Source of the DNA: Geobacter sp.
Lineage (GTDB): Bacteria > Desulfobacterota > Desulfuromonadia > Geobacterales > Pseudopelobacteraceae
DNA length: 64,000 nt
NCBI GenBank assembly: GCA_003574895.1
Contig: PJFB01000006.1
Location: 127,212-191,211 of the forward strand
Direction of reading: 5' to 3'
Made by a program: the position numbers and the translations under genes. How positions within the stretch are numbered: position 1 is the stretch's first letter; each line of letters starts with the position of its first letter. The notes under the pieces are model-generated. The model ran no database searches and was not told the DNA's origin. It was given only the letters and a program-made list of their open reading frames with translations. Positions 19,815 to 29,473 of this stretch are shown here, one piece after another.

Positions 19815-20772
19815 AGCTGCCTCCGGAAAACCCATCCACGCTGCCGCCCAGGACGTCGGCCAACCCCTCTTTTTCCATGGAGCCAGCATAGATGCTCCCC
19901 TTGTAGCTGCCGGGCCGGTAGTAGGTCACAACCCGCGCGCTTTCCACCCCCAGCCTCTTCGTGATATCGGTTATGGCGTCATCCAGGTAGCCGGTCCGGT
20001 CGATCAGGCCGGCCTCCCGTGCCTGGACAGCGGTATAGATGCGGCCATCAGCCAGCTTTTTCAGTTGGTCCCGCGACAGCTTGTTGCCCGGCCGCGCCAT
20101 GACGATATCCAGGAAACGGCCATAGAGTTGGTCGATGATGTCCTGGGCCAGCTTCACTTCCTCTGGGGTTGCCTTGCGGAAAGGAGACAGGATATCCTTT
20201 TTGTCCCCGGATTTGACTGTCTGTTCCTCCACGCCGATCTTGCCCATCAGCCCTTCCACGTTGAACTTCATCAGCAACACGCCGATACTGCCGGTTATGG
20301 CCGTGGGAGAGGCAATAATCTCGTCGGCCGCCGAGGCCACGTAGTAGCCGCCCGAGGCCCCAACCCCGATGATGCTGGCCAGCACCGGGATCTTTTTCCT
20401 CTTTTTGAATTCCGTGATGTCGTGGTGGATAATGTCGCTGGCGGTCACCGTGCCGCCGGGAGAATTGATGCGCACGATCATGCCGGCGATATCAGCGTCC
20501 TTTTCCGCCTTCTGCAACGCTTCCCGGACCACTGAGACCATCGAAGGCGTGGACCTGCCCAGCAGGCCGCCGGACTTACCCTGCTCGCTGATGGTACCGC
20601 TGATGTCGAGCAACAGGATCTTCTTTGCGCCCGTTCCTTCCAGCAACTGTTCTTCCAGGGGGCTGGGAGGCGGCACGAGCGGCACGTTTACAAAGGCACA
20701 GCCGGAAAGTACTGCCAAAAGGGCAGCGATTGAGATAAGCGGAAAAAGACGCATGGCAGTTCTCCTTGGCAA
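19792..20772 (-). CDS. sppA: Signal peptide peptidase SppA (36K type)
   Basis: Signal peptide or lipobox (LSGC). ClpP/crotonase-fold motifs (INSPGGTVTASD, catalytic Ser and Lys region). Confidence 0.8.
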   Translation of the reverse strand: MPRRTAMRLFPLISIAALLAVLSGCAFVNVPLVPPPSPLEEQLLEGTGAKKILLLDISGTISEQGKSGGLLGRSTPSMVSVVREALQKAEKDADIAGMIVRINSPGGTVTASDIIHHDITEFKKRKKIPVLASIIGVGASGGYYVASAADEIIASPTAITGSIGVLLMKFNVEGLMGKIGVEEQTVKSGDKKDILSPFRKATPEEVKLAQDIIDQLYGRFLDIVMARPGNKLSRDQLKKLADGRIYTAVQAREAGLIDRTGYLDDAITDITKRLGVESARVVTYYRPGSYKGSIYAGSMEKEGLADVLGGSVDGFSGGSFMYLWRP

Positions 20773-20832
20773 GGTGTTCAGGTAGAAAAAACTTCGTTAG
20801 CGCGCCGACCCGTTGTTGCGAATTGTCGCAAC

Positions 20833-21261
20833 TCAGTTATGGGAAAGTTTCGACTCGCAGTCAATCAACTTTTCTTTCAATGCCTTCTCTTTTTTCCATT
20901 TTTCCGTAACGTCCCGCATGATCGATGCACACCCCAGCATGCCGCCGCTGCTGTCGCGCAGCAGAACCATGCTGAATTCCAGCGAAATGCGTGCACCGTC
21001 CTTGCAGATGCCGGGCGAGGACAGCAGGCCGGTTTTATATTTTGTTTCCCCGCTTGCCATGACCCGCCAATAGCCTTCCCAGTGCCGCCCCCGCAAATTG
21101 TCGGGAATGATGAGATCCAGCGACTGGCCCACCGCCTCGATGGCTGCATGGCCGAACATCTTCTCTGCCCCGCTATTCCAGAACCGGATAATACCCTGGC
21201 GGTCGGCGATAAGAATCGCGTCCGGCGCATCGTTGGCCAACTGCATTATAAGCTCGTCCAT
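20833..21261 (-). CDS. Single-domain PAS sensor protein
   Basis: PAS fold (APDAILIADRQGIIRFWNSGAEKMFG). Internal start with AGGA RBS chosen; the longer ORF's N-terminus is Arg/Cys-rich nonsense. Confidence 0.55.
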   Translation of the reverse strand: MDELIMQLANDAPDAILIADRQGIIRFWNSGAEKMFGHAAIEAVGQSLDLIIPDNLRGRHWEGYWRVMASGETKYKTGLLSSPGICKDGARISLEFSMVLLRDSSGGMLGCASIMRDVTEKWKKEKALKEKLIDCESKLSHN

Positions 21262-21290
21262 GAATTCCTCGCTTTGTGGTTTCTGTGTAT

Positions 21291-21980
21291 TTAACGGCGT
21301 ATTTTGAGAAGGGCGGAGACTTCCTTCGACATCTCCGCAGGTTCGATCCGCGCCTCCTGCAGCAATGCACCCCAACTCCTGACACCGCTTTTTGCCTCTC
21401 CATAGATCCGGGGCGCCTGCGTCTTTGTCCTGCGGGCAATAATTCCGGCAAGAATCAATTCCTGGTTTGTGGCCCCGGACTTTCGCAAGGCCGCCACATC
21501 GCTGGCTGCCAGCAATCTGTATTCGGCGAAGAGTTCGTTGACCACGATTTCGGCAAGCCGTGCATCGGGCAGCCTGGCATGGAGGGCGGAGGAAAATTCC
21601 GCGCCCAGCACTTTTGCGGGAATCGACAGCGACGCCACAGTCTCGCCCCAACTCCCCCTGGCTGTTCTGGCCTGCAGCAACTCCTCCGCGGCCACCCCGG
21701 ATTCAGCCGCGATCCGGTACGCCACCCACAGATCATCGGCAGACGTGCCTGTCTGCTTCTTTATGATAATGGTTTTTTTATCAACCGCAAACACGCCGGC
21801 AAAAAACGCGTTTTGGGCCATGGCCAGAAAATATTGATCGGCCGCGGCAGGACGGGCGGGATCGTAAGAGCGTTCGCTGAAGCAATGGCAGGTTATCGTT
21901 GGGATGGCCAAGGCAGGCAGTGAAGCCATCAGGAGGAGGATCATGGCAAGGGAGAAGCTTCCGCATATGAAGAGTCGCAC
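21291..21980 (-). CDS. Hypothetical secreted protein
   Basis: Signal peptide (LLLMASLPALA). No recognisable domain. Confidence 0.45.
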   Translation of the reverse strand: MRLFICGSFSLAMILLLMASLPALAIPTITCHCFSERSYDPARPAAADQYFLAMAQNAFFAGVFAVDKKTIIIKKQTGTSADDLWVAYRIAAESGVAAEELLQARTARGSWGETVASLSIPAKVLGAEFSSALHARLPDARLAEIVVNELFAEYRLLAASDVAALRKSGATNQELILAGIIARRTKTQAPRIYGEAKSGVRSWGALLQEARIEPAEMSKEVSALLKIRR

Positions 21981-22402
21981 GGTGGTCCTTTCTGCAGCAG
22001 GCTTGAAATCGGCCTTTGAAGATAGTTGCGTTGCCCGGTCTGTCCCATCTCAAACAACGCGCACGATCAACTCTAAGGCAGTTTGCCTTGCAGGGCCTTG
22101 ACCCAAGTCAAATTTGCCGCCTTCGCTAGAAGGAGGCCCATCTCCAGCAGCATGCAGGTGGCTGCGTTCGCCATGGCAAAGCAGGATCACGGCATCCCGA
22201 TTCATCATAACCAGCCGGCACCACAGCCGTTTTTTGCCGATTCTGCCGAATGTTCTACTCTGTTGCGTTCACACCGGAAATCTGCTAGATAATACAGCGC
22301 TTAATTTAAAGTATTTAAATTAAAAAACTGCCCTGCCAATGCCGGACAGTATAGACAGACGAAAACAAGGGCCCATCCTTGTTTTGTCTGACCGGAGTAC
22401 AG

Positions 22403-23008
22403 ATGAAAATTGTGATAAGCCTTGGAAGTTTTCTGCTGGCGAAAGCCTTGCAGGAGCAGATGCAGAACACGCCCGCAATCACTGAGGTTGCCATACTGGG
22501 CCCTGACGGCGATATACGGATATTCGAACCGGATTTCCTGATCACCGATGTCTATACGATAAAACAGAAAAGGCCAGCCGGCCTGGCCAGGGCAAAGACC
22601 GTCTTTCTGGATTACGGCCTCAGCGAAGATAGCATTGCATGCATGATCATCACCAACAAGATCGATGGGATAATGACCCCCGATACCGACATGCGCCTGC
22701 TGTTGAAGGCATTCCAGGCTATCAGCAATGGTCAGATCTGGATAGACAACTGCAAGATCAAGGCGTTGGTCAATTTTGCGGACAACTCGAAAGATTCTGT
22801 CATTGCGGGAAGCCTGAGCAACAAGGAGCGGGAGATCGTCATCAACATATCCCAGGGGCTGACAAACAAGGAAATAGCATCCCAGCTATTCATAAGCGAG
22901 CAAACGGTAAAGACCCATATCAACAGCATTTTCAAAAAATTGAACGTGACCCGCCGCACCCAGCTGGTCCCCTTGGGGATAAAACTGAGGGGCGACCTCA
23001 TTTCCTGA
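22403..23008 (+). CDS. LuxR-family transcriptional regulator with atypical (pseudo-receiver-like) N-terminal domain
   Basis: C-terminal LuxR HTH (EREIVINISQGLTNKEIASQLFISEQTVKTHINSIFKKL). The N-terminal domain lacks the acidic DD pocket of canonical receivers. Confidence 0.7.
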   Translation: MKIVISLGSFLLAKALQEQMQNTPAITEVAILGPDGDIRIFEPDFLITDVYTIKQKRPAGLARAKTVFLDYGLSEDSIACMIITNKIDGIMTPDTDMRLLLKAFQAISNGQIWIDNCKIKALVNFADNSKDSVIAGSLSNKEREIVINISQGLTNKEIASQLFISEQTVKTHINSIFKKLNVTRRTQLVPLGIKLRGDLIS

Positions 23009-23068
23009 CCCTTCCCAACCAATGATTTGAAATATTTTTTCTTTAATTTTTCTCCCTGCCAACCAATT

Positions 23069-23088
23069 GCCTAACCTATAGGTTAGGC
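23069..23088. promoter_or_regulatory. Perfect 20-bp palindrome GCCTAACCTATAGGTTAGGC (candidate operator)
   Basis: Exact dyad symmetry. Lies between the LuxR-family gene and a downstream small secreted-protein gene. No U-tract follows. Confidence 0.4.
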
Positions 23089-23425
23089 CACAAACCTGCC
23101 CGCAGAACTTTTGACAGCCAAAAATGGCCAGCAATCAGGTAGTTGCAGCTCGCCACACTGCTGGCGGCTCAATCCGTGCAGCCAAATTCCAACCTGCCAC
23201 ATACCTTCCGTAGTACATCCGATTCCGAAAGAAATACCCTCTTGACCGATTGTTGCATCGAATGCCATCTGCTACAAACGTCAGGCATCACATCAAATGT
23301 TGCGCCATCAGGAAGCCATCCGCTTCGCGGGGACCCCATACCCCCGGCGCAACAGCATCGCCCTCCGTAAACTGTTTTGTAACTGGTCATCAAAATTTTT
23401 GAATCTAACCTCGGGAGGAATAAAA

Positions 23426-23773
23426 ATGAAAATCGGAATGATGCCGAAAACAGCCATGTGTTGCGCTTTACTGCTGGGTTCATCACTTACGTGCCTGGCA
23501 AGCGAAACCCCTGACACCGGGCACTATGCGCAAAAGATCCAGCAGGAAGAAGCAATTGTCGTCCGCATCGATCAAAACAACGTTACCCTTCAATCCACCG
23601 GGGACAAAGAAAAGATAGTTACCGCTCCATTCAGCAATGCCGCCGACTTCAAGGTCGGCGACAAGGTGATTGTCATCGGCAATTCATTGCAACCAAGCGG
23701 AGTAAACCAGGGCGACAGGGTTCGGCCTGTTGACGCTCCACCCGCCGAGAAGGCTGCTCCCGGCGGCAATTAG
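23426..23773 (+). CDS. Small secreted hypothetical protein (115 aa)
   Basis: GGAGG RBS and signal peptide (MMPKTAMCCALLLGSSLTCLA). Confidence 0.5.
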   Translation: MKIGMMPKTAMCCALLLGSSLTCLASETPDTGHYAQKIQQEEAIVVRIDQNNVTLQSTGDKEKIVTAPFSNAADFKVGDKVIVIGNSLQPSGVNQGDRVRPVDAPPAEKAAPGGN

Positions 23774-24005
23774 CCTGATTCACAAGGTGCTTCAACCTCA
23801 CTCCATTCCCATGCATTCGGCATTCAGGTGGAGACATGCCGATGTGTGTTAACCTATAAAGACCAAAACAGTGGAGAGGCAAAAAACGGGGTACTCCGAT
23901 ATAAGCGGGGTACCCCCTTTTTTGCTGAACCAGGATTTCATGCCCCCCAACCTCACCTGCTCCATGCCCGGGGGGGAGGACTTTTACGGGAATTCGCCCG
24001 GTATT

Positions 24006-26357
24006 TCACAACCCGCCCAATACCTCGCCCATTTCCTGCAACCGGTAAGGCTTGCTGAGCACTGCACTGAACCCGTAATCGCGGTAATTTGCCATAACCG
24101 GGTCACTGGCGTAACCGCTGGAAACGACCGCCTTGACCTTGGGGTCAATCTGCAAAAGCATAATGATCGCCTCTTTTCCGCCAACACCGCCAGGGATGGT
24201 CAAGTCCATGATAACGGCAGTGAAGGGAGTTCCCTCCGCAGCCCTTCTTTGATAGAGCTCCACAGCCTCGGTGCCGTTTTCAACGCATTCCGCCTGATAG
24301 CCAAGCTCCTCCAGTGAGGCCTTTGTAATCACCCGCACGATTTCCTCGTCATCCATCACCAGGATGCGACCTTTGCCGCGGGTCAATTCCTGCCGTGCAA
24401 CCGGCTCGGGTTCTTCGCCCTGTTCGTCGGCAGGCAGACTGACATGAAAAATTGTCCCCTTGCCCATGATCGATTCGACCGTGATGTTGCCGCCATGCTT
24501 TTTGACTATCGAATAGCTGGTTGCCAGCCCAAGGCCGCTCCCCTGTTGTTTGGTAGTGAAATACGGGTCAAAGATCTTTTGCAGGAGGTGCTTGGGTATA
24601 CCGGTGCCGGTGTCGGCAACGGAAATTTCCACCATCCTTTTCCCGTCCGCCATTGGCGCGGAGTTATCGGCAGCAATACTGATCGTGCCCCCTTCCGGCA
24701 TTGCCTGAACCGCATTGAGCACCAGGTTGTGGATCACCTGGCTCAGTTGCCCCTCGTCGGCCCGCACCGGGCAGAGGTCGTCGGCCAGGGCAAAGTCGCA
24801 CTTCACGGCAGAGCCGTGGGTGGCAAAACCGGCCGCCTCCCTGAGCAGACCGCCTATCCTGATGACCTTTTTGACCGGCTCGCCGCCACGGGCAAACGTA
24901 AGAAGCTGCTGGGTAAGCTCCTTGGCGCGGACCGCGGCGTTCTCCGCATCTTCCAGACGCTGCAGCACCTTTGCCGGATCATGGGCCTGGAATCGTGACA
25001 ACGAGATATTGCCCAGGATGGAAGTCAGAATGTTGTTGAAGTCATGGGCGATCCCGCCGGCCAGGATGCCCAGGGATTCGAGCTTTTCGATGTTGCGTTC
25101 ATGCTCCTCGAGCTTGAGCTTGTCGGTGATGTCGCTGGTCAGCTCTATCACGGCAATGATCTTGCCAGCGCCATCCCGCAGAGGGAAAGACTTGATCTCG
25201 ATAACCTGTCCCGAGCTTGCTGCCTCGCCTTGTTGACGGATCAGGGAAGCGGGCTGCCCGGACTCCAGGGTGCGCTGGACCGGGCAATCCCTCCCGTACC
25301 GGAAACAGGGGAGTTCGGAGCCATAGACAATTTCATGACACCTTTGGCCGATCATCTCATCGGGCTTCAGACCAAAGTGCCGACAATAGGCGCTGTTGGC
25401 GGTAACAATCCGGTAATCGGTGTCAATTACCACCAAACCGTTATCCAGCGATTCTATAATATTCCCGGTAAAACTTTGCTGTTCGCGGAGTTTTTCCTCG
25501 GCCCGCCAGCGCGCCTCTTCCACGGCGATGGCCGCGGCAGCCATGGCCAGAAACGACATATCGGCCTCGGAAGGGACAATATCCCTGTCGTAGACAACGC
25601 AAAGAGAACCGACCGCGACCCCTCCCCAAAACACCGGCATTCCGGCGTAGGTTTTGAGGTGATAACGGCTGACATTGGGGTCACAGGCCGCATAGGGGGA
25701 CTCGTCCAGGTGGGCTATGAACAGCGGGGTCCGCTGCCCGCGCCGGATCACGTCGTAGCAGATATGGCCGGCCGGCCGGTCGGTAATCTTAAAATCCGGA
25801 GGGGCGTGCCATTGGCCGACCGAGCAGAGCAGGTCGCCTTCGAGACGATTATACATGGCGCAGGTCGCCTCCATGAAGTTGCCGACCTCCTTGGTAATCA
25901 GGTTGATATTGCCGACAAAGTCGGGGCCGAAGTTGAGAAAGGAGTCGTTCAGGAGCCGCAGCCTGTCTTCCGCCCTCTTCTTCTTGGAAATGTCCGTGAT
26001 TACCATCTGGAGACAACTCTGCCCGCCATCCTCCACCGAGTGGACGCTCACCCTGACGTACTTCAATTCGCCGCGGCTGTCACGGAGCATGGTTTCGCAC
26101 TCTCCGGCACCGCACTTGATGATTCCCGCCAAAAGGGCCTCTGATGGCGCGCCCGGAGCACTTGCCTCGCAATGGGCAATATTTATGGCCGCGAACTCAT
26201 CCCGGCCATAACCAAGCAGATCCAGCACCCGGTCGTTGAAACAGACCGGCAGGGACGTATCGGGGTCGATCACCAGGATTGCGTCCGGCGACTGTTCAAA
26301 CAGCACCCGGTAGAGGCCATTGTCATTTTTCATATTTTCTCCGGTGGCTAATTCCAT
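24006..26357 (-). CDS. Hybrid sensor histidine kinase (PAS-GAF-PAS-HisKA-HATPase-REC)
   Basis: H-box (AHDFNN), N/G boxes, and a C-terminal receiver (ILVMDDEE...VIMDLTIPGG). Confidence 0.8.
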   Translation of the reverse strand: MELATGENMKNDNGLYRVLFEQSPDAILVIDPDTSLPVCFNDRVLDLLGYGRDEFAAINIAHCEASAPGAPSEALLAGIIKCGAGECETMLRDSRGELKYVRVSVHSVEDGGQSCLQMVITDISKKKRAEDRLRLLNDSFLNFGPDFVGNINLITKEVGNFMEATCAMYNRLEGDLLCSVGQWHAPPDFKITDRPAGHICYDVIRRGQRTPLFIAHLDESPYAACDPNVSRYHLKTYAGMPVFWGGVAVGSLCVVYDRDIVPSEADMSFLAMAAAAIAVEEARWRAEEKLREQQSFTGNIIESLDNGLVVIDTDYRIVTANSAYCRHFGLKPDEMIGQRCHEIVYGSELPCFRYGRDCPVQRTLESGQPASLIRQQGEAASSGQVIEIKSFPLRDGAGKIIAVIELTSDITDKLKLEEHERNIEKLESLGILAGGIAHDFNNILTSILGNISLSRFQAHDPAKVLQRLEDAENAAVRAKELTQQLLTFARGGEPVKKVIRIGGLLREAAGFATHGSAVKCDFALADDLCPVRADEGQLSQVIHNLVLNAVQAMPEGGTISIAADNSAPMADGKRMVEISVADTGTGIPKHLLQKIFDPYFTTKQQGSGLGLATSYSIVKKHGGNITVESIMGKGTIFHVSLPADEQGEEPEPVARQELTRGKGRILVMDDEEIVRVITKASLEELGYQAECVENGTEAVELYQRRAAEGTPFTAVIMDLTIPGGVGGKEAIIMLLQIDPKVKAVVSSGYASDPVMANYRDYGFSAVLSKPYRLQEMGEVLGGL

Positions 26358-26419
26358 GATCGCGACCTGAAATCGGTCTGCGGATGTTCATGACGCAGCC
26401 GATTATTGCCGAATCGTAT

Positions 26420-28366
26420 TCAAGCCTTACCAATGCCGAGCGCTCCGGTAACGGCACTGGGGCTTACCGGGAACAACACCTGAAAAGTCGAGCCGCTTCC
26501 CTCGGCACTCTTGACCATGATGGCGCCCTCGTGCGAGCGGATAATCCCCAACACCGCCGCCATCCCCAATCCACGGCCCATGAATTTGGTTGTAAAGAAT
26601 GGTTCGAAAAGCCTCTGTTGTGTTTCCTCATCCATACCACAGCCCGTGTCAGCCACCTCCACATATACGAACCTGCCTGGCGCGGGTTTTTCTTCAAGCC
26701 TGCTGGCACTGAAATATTCGGCATCGCACTCCCGCACACCGGTAGTGAGTGTTATGGTGCCCTGTACGGGGCCAATGGATTCAGACGCATTGATCAGCAG
26801 GTTCATGATCACCTGCTGGATCTGCCCCTCATCGGTCTTTACCGGCGGGAGCCCCTCGGCCGGCACTATTTCGAGGTCAATGGTCCTTGCCACCGATGTC
26901 CTGAACAGATCGGCATTCTTGCGGACCACATCATTAATGTCCACATCCTTGAGAACGGACAACCCCTTGCCGGCGTAATCCAGCATCTGCCTCGTCAGAT
27001 CAGCCGCGTGCCGGCCCGCCTTCATGGCCTGCTCGATCCAGGAGCGGACCTGAGCGTCATTGCCTACCCTGGGCAACGTGAGTTCCATGTTGCCCAGGAT
27101 GACCGCCAGAAGGTTGTTGTAATCATGGGCGATGCCGCCTGCCAGGACCCCCAGGCTTTCCAGTTTTTGAGAAAGCAGGAGTTTCCGTTCATATTGCAGA
27201 CGCTCGGACTCCGCTTTCCTGAGTTCGGTAATATCGCGGGCGACACCAAAAATTCCGGTGACTTTGCCCTGCTTGTCAAACAGTGGGCCTTTGGTGGAGA
27301 GGAATACAAGATGTTGCCCATCGGCCGAAGTAAGGGACTCCTCATAGGTCATGGTCTTTGCGGCAGCCATCACGGCCCGGTCACCAGCCATAATGATCCT
27401 TGCTTCTTCTGCGGTGAAGAGGAACGTATCATCCCGGCCGAACACCTCTTCGGCACTCTTGCCTGTTACACGTGATGCAGCCGAATTGAAGAGCTGGTAA
27501 CGGCCGGCAAGGTCCTTGACATAGACCGCATCCGATGTCCCTTCCACAACGACTCGCAAGAGTTCCCGGCTTTCCCGGAGATCTTCCTCGGCCTGTTTGC
27601 GCTCGGTAATGTCCCGCTGGATGTGAACAGCTTGAACGATCTTTCCTGTTTCATCCCTGATCGGTGACGTAAGCACTTCCACATAGTGTTTTTCACCGGA
27701 CAGGCTCCAGTGAACATGGAGCGTCGCGGCATGGTCTTCAAGGGACATGGTTTCCAGGAGCGGGCAGGAATCATGGGGCGGAGCACACGGGGAAGCGCTA
27801 TGGTGCGTAACCTCATAACAGGTTTTTCCGATGATTTGTTCTTTAGGGAGTTCGAACTCTTCGAGGAATGCTTGGTTAATATCGACGATCCGGAAGGTTT
27901 CCACATCTATGATGGAGATGGGGTCAACAATGCTGTCCAGAACGGTACGGCTGAAATCGGACAGGTGTTTAAGCTCCTGTGTCCGTTCCGCAACCCTCTG
28001 CTCAAGAGACTGGTTTATCGAATTAATATCTTCTTCGGCCTTTTGCTGCGCCGAAATTGTGTGTAAGGAAATGTTGATTATGATAAAAACAAAGAGCGCG
28101 CCGCCCAGGAACACTCCGCTGGTCACCAGTTCAAGCGGGATCGGCAGGTTGAAGAACAGGACAACATCGAAAAAAAGATATCCCAGGAGGAAAAAGGCCA
28201 TCAGGTTCAGAATGAACAGCCACTGGCGGCGTAATTTGCCGCTGACGTTTCCCCAGATATTCCTTACCGGCAGGAACGACAGTAAGAGGAAGGCCGCCCC
28301 GATCAGCACCATAATTATGGAAACAACTCGTATCATAGTCACCGCCGCGGCGCAAATCAAAGGCAA
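26420..28366 (-). CDS. Membrane-bound multi-PAS sensor histidine kinase
   Basis: N-terminal TM segments, three PAS domains, HisKA (AHDYNN), and HATPase. Confidence 0.8.
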   Translation of the reverse strand: MPLICAAAVTMIRVVSIIMVLIGAAFLLLSFLPVRNIWGNVSGKLRRQWLFILNLMAFFLLGYLFFDVVLFFNLPIPLELVTSGVFLGGALFVFIIINISLHTISAQQKAEEDINSINQSLEQRVAERTQELKHLSDFSRTVLDSIVDPISIIDVETFRIVDINQAFLEEFELPKEQIIGKTCYEVTHHSASPCAPPHDSCPLLETMSLEDHAATLHVHWSLSGEKHYVEVLTSPIRDETGKIVQAVHIQRDITERKQAEEDLRESRELLRVVVEGTSDAVYVKDLAGRYQLFNSAASRVTGKSAEEVFGRDDTFLFTAEEARIIMAGDRAVMAAAKTMTYEESLTSADGQHLVFLSTKGPLFDKQGKVTGIFGVARDITELRKAESERLQYERKLLLSQKLESLGVLAGGIAHDYNNLLAVILGNMELTLPRVGNDAQVRSWIEQAMKAGRHAADLTRQMLDYAGKGLSVLKDVDINDVVRKNADLFRTSVARTIDLEIVPAEGLPPVKTDEGQIQQVIMNLLINASESIGPVQGTITLTTGVRECDAEYFSASRLEEKPAPGRFVYVEVADTGCGMDEETQQRLFEPFFTTKFMGRGLGMAAVLGIIRSHEGAIMVKSAEGSGSTFQVLFPVSPSAVTGALGIGKA

Positions 28367-28533
28367 CCAGTATTATCCGTTGAAATTATCAGATAATATT
28401 AGCATTCCACAAACAAACATCCTAGTAAGAATTTATATGAACCCCTGTTTTCTTAACTTGTGCCCAAGTCTGTGTGCGCGCTACAATACATAAAAAATCC
28501 CGATGAGCATTAAATGAAATGGATGGCCATTAA

Positions 28534-29373
28534 ATGAAATTAACAAAGAAACCATTGAATGAAGAAACCCGCTATACCGCATTGATCATCGTAACAATCC
28601 TGTCAATTCTGGTTGCATTCTTCCTGTTCGATCGCTTCTTCAACAAGAGTTCCGATTCAATGGTTCAGTCCAAACAGGAAAAAACCATTATCGTAAAAGA
28701 AGCCGATATTAAGGAAGTCCAATCAAAAATACCCCCAAAATCGGTAGTTGACAGCGTTCGCAAGGCTATCGGGCAGGGCAACTACTCGACCGCATACATG
28801 CAACTCAGCAAAGCCCCCAAAGGATCGCCGGAATATGAAGAACTGAACAAACTGATTGCCGCTGAAAAACAAAAAAAACAACCCCCCGGCATCAGGAAAG
28901 AAGCGGAAACACCTCAAAATCCTCTGCGCTATCTCGATGAATCCACCCCGCGCAACAGAGAGACCGATTGGGTATATGCCTATTTTTCGGATATTGCCGG
29001 CGCCCTCTGGCCGCGCTTCTGCATCCAGTCCGTTGACGCCACCTCCTTGAACATCACCGGATTCAGGATTAAAGCAGACAAGAAAACCTTCGACGTACAG
29101 GCCCCGGTAATAAAATCCGAAGAAGTGCATGGCAAAGTTGCACAATGGTACGACGCTGCCGTTGACAGTCAATTGTATTACGCTATCCAGGCCCTGATGA
29201 AGGCGCGCAAGGCTTCAGTTGAATATATAGGGACAAAACAGACAAGGGAGCGGGAAATAACCGAGGAAGAGAAAAAAGGGCTGCGCAGAATCATGGAAGC
29301 CTATATCGCACTGGGAGGCAGCTTTGCTTTCGTCAGCCCCGAAGTCGGCAATAAAGCCATAAACAAACATTGA
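28534..29373 (+). CDS. Hypothetical membrane-anchored protein (N-terminal TM helix), AT-rich gene
   Basis: 279-aa ORF with lower GC than its neighbours. One TM helix. No recognisable domain. Confidence 0.45.
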   Translation: MKLTKKPLNEETRYTALIIVTILSILVAFFLFDRFFNKSSDSMVQSKQEKTIIVKEADIKEVQSKIPPKSVVDSVRKAIGQGNYSTAYMQLSKAPKGSPEYEELNKLIAAEKQKKQPPGIRKEAETPQNPLRYLDESTPRNRETDWVYAYFSDIAGALWPRFCIQSVDATSLNITGFRIKADKKTFDVQAPVIKSEEVHGKVAQWYDAAVDSQLYYAIQALMKARKASVEYIGTKQTREREITEEEKKGLRRIMEAYIALGGSFAFVSPEVGNKAINKH

Positions 29374-29473
29374 CAGCTCCCAGGTCCGGCTGTTGCAACC
29401 CAAAAGTTCCTGTTTATGCCATGAAATGATCCAAAATCAGCCCCCCTGACCAATCCATTGACTGCGAATTCAA

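Noticed and set aside
25044-27475. Two long plus-strand ORFs (25044..26144, 26384..27475) opposite the multi-PAS histidine kinases
   Set aside because: Low-complexity antisense frames. The kinases on the minus strand are well supported.
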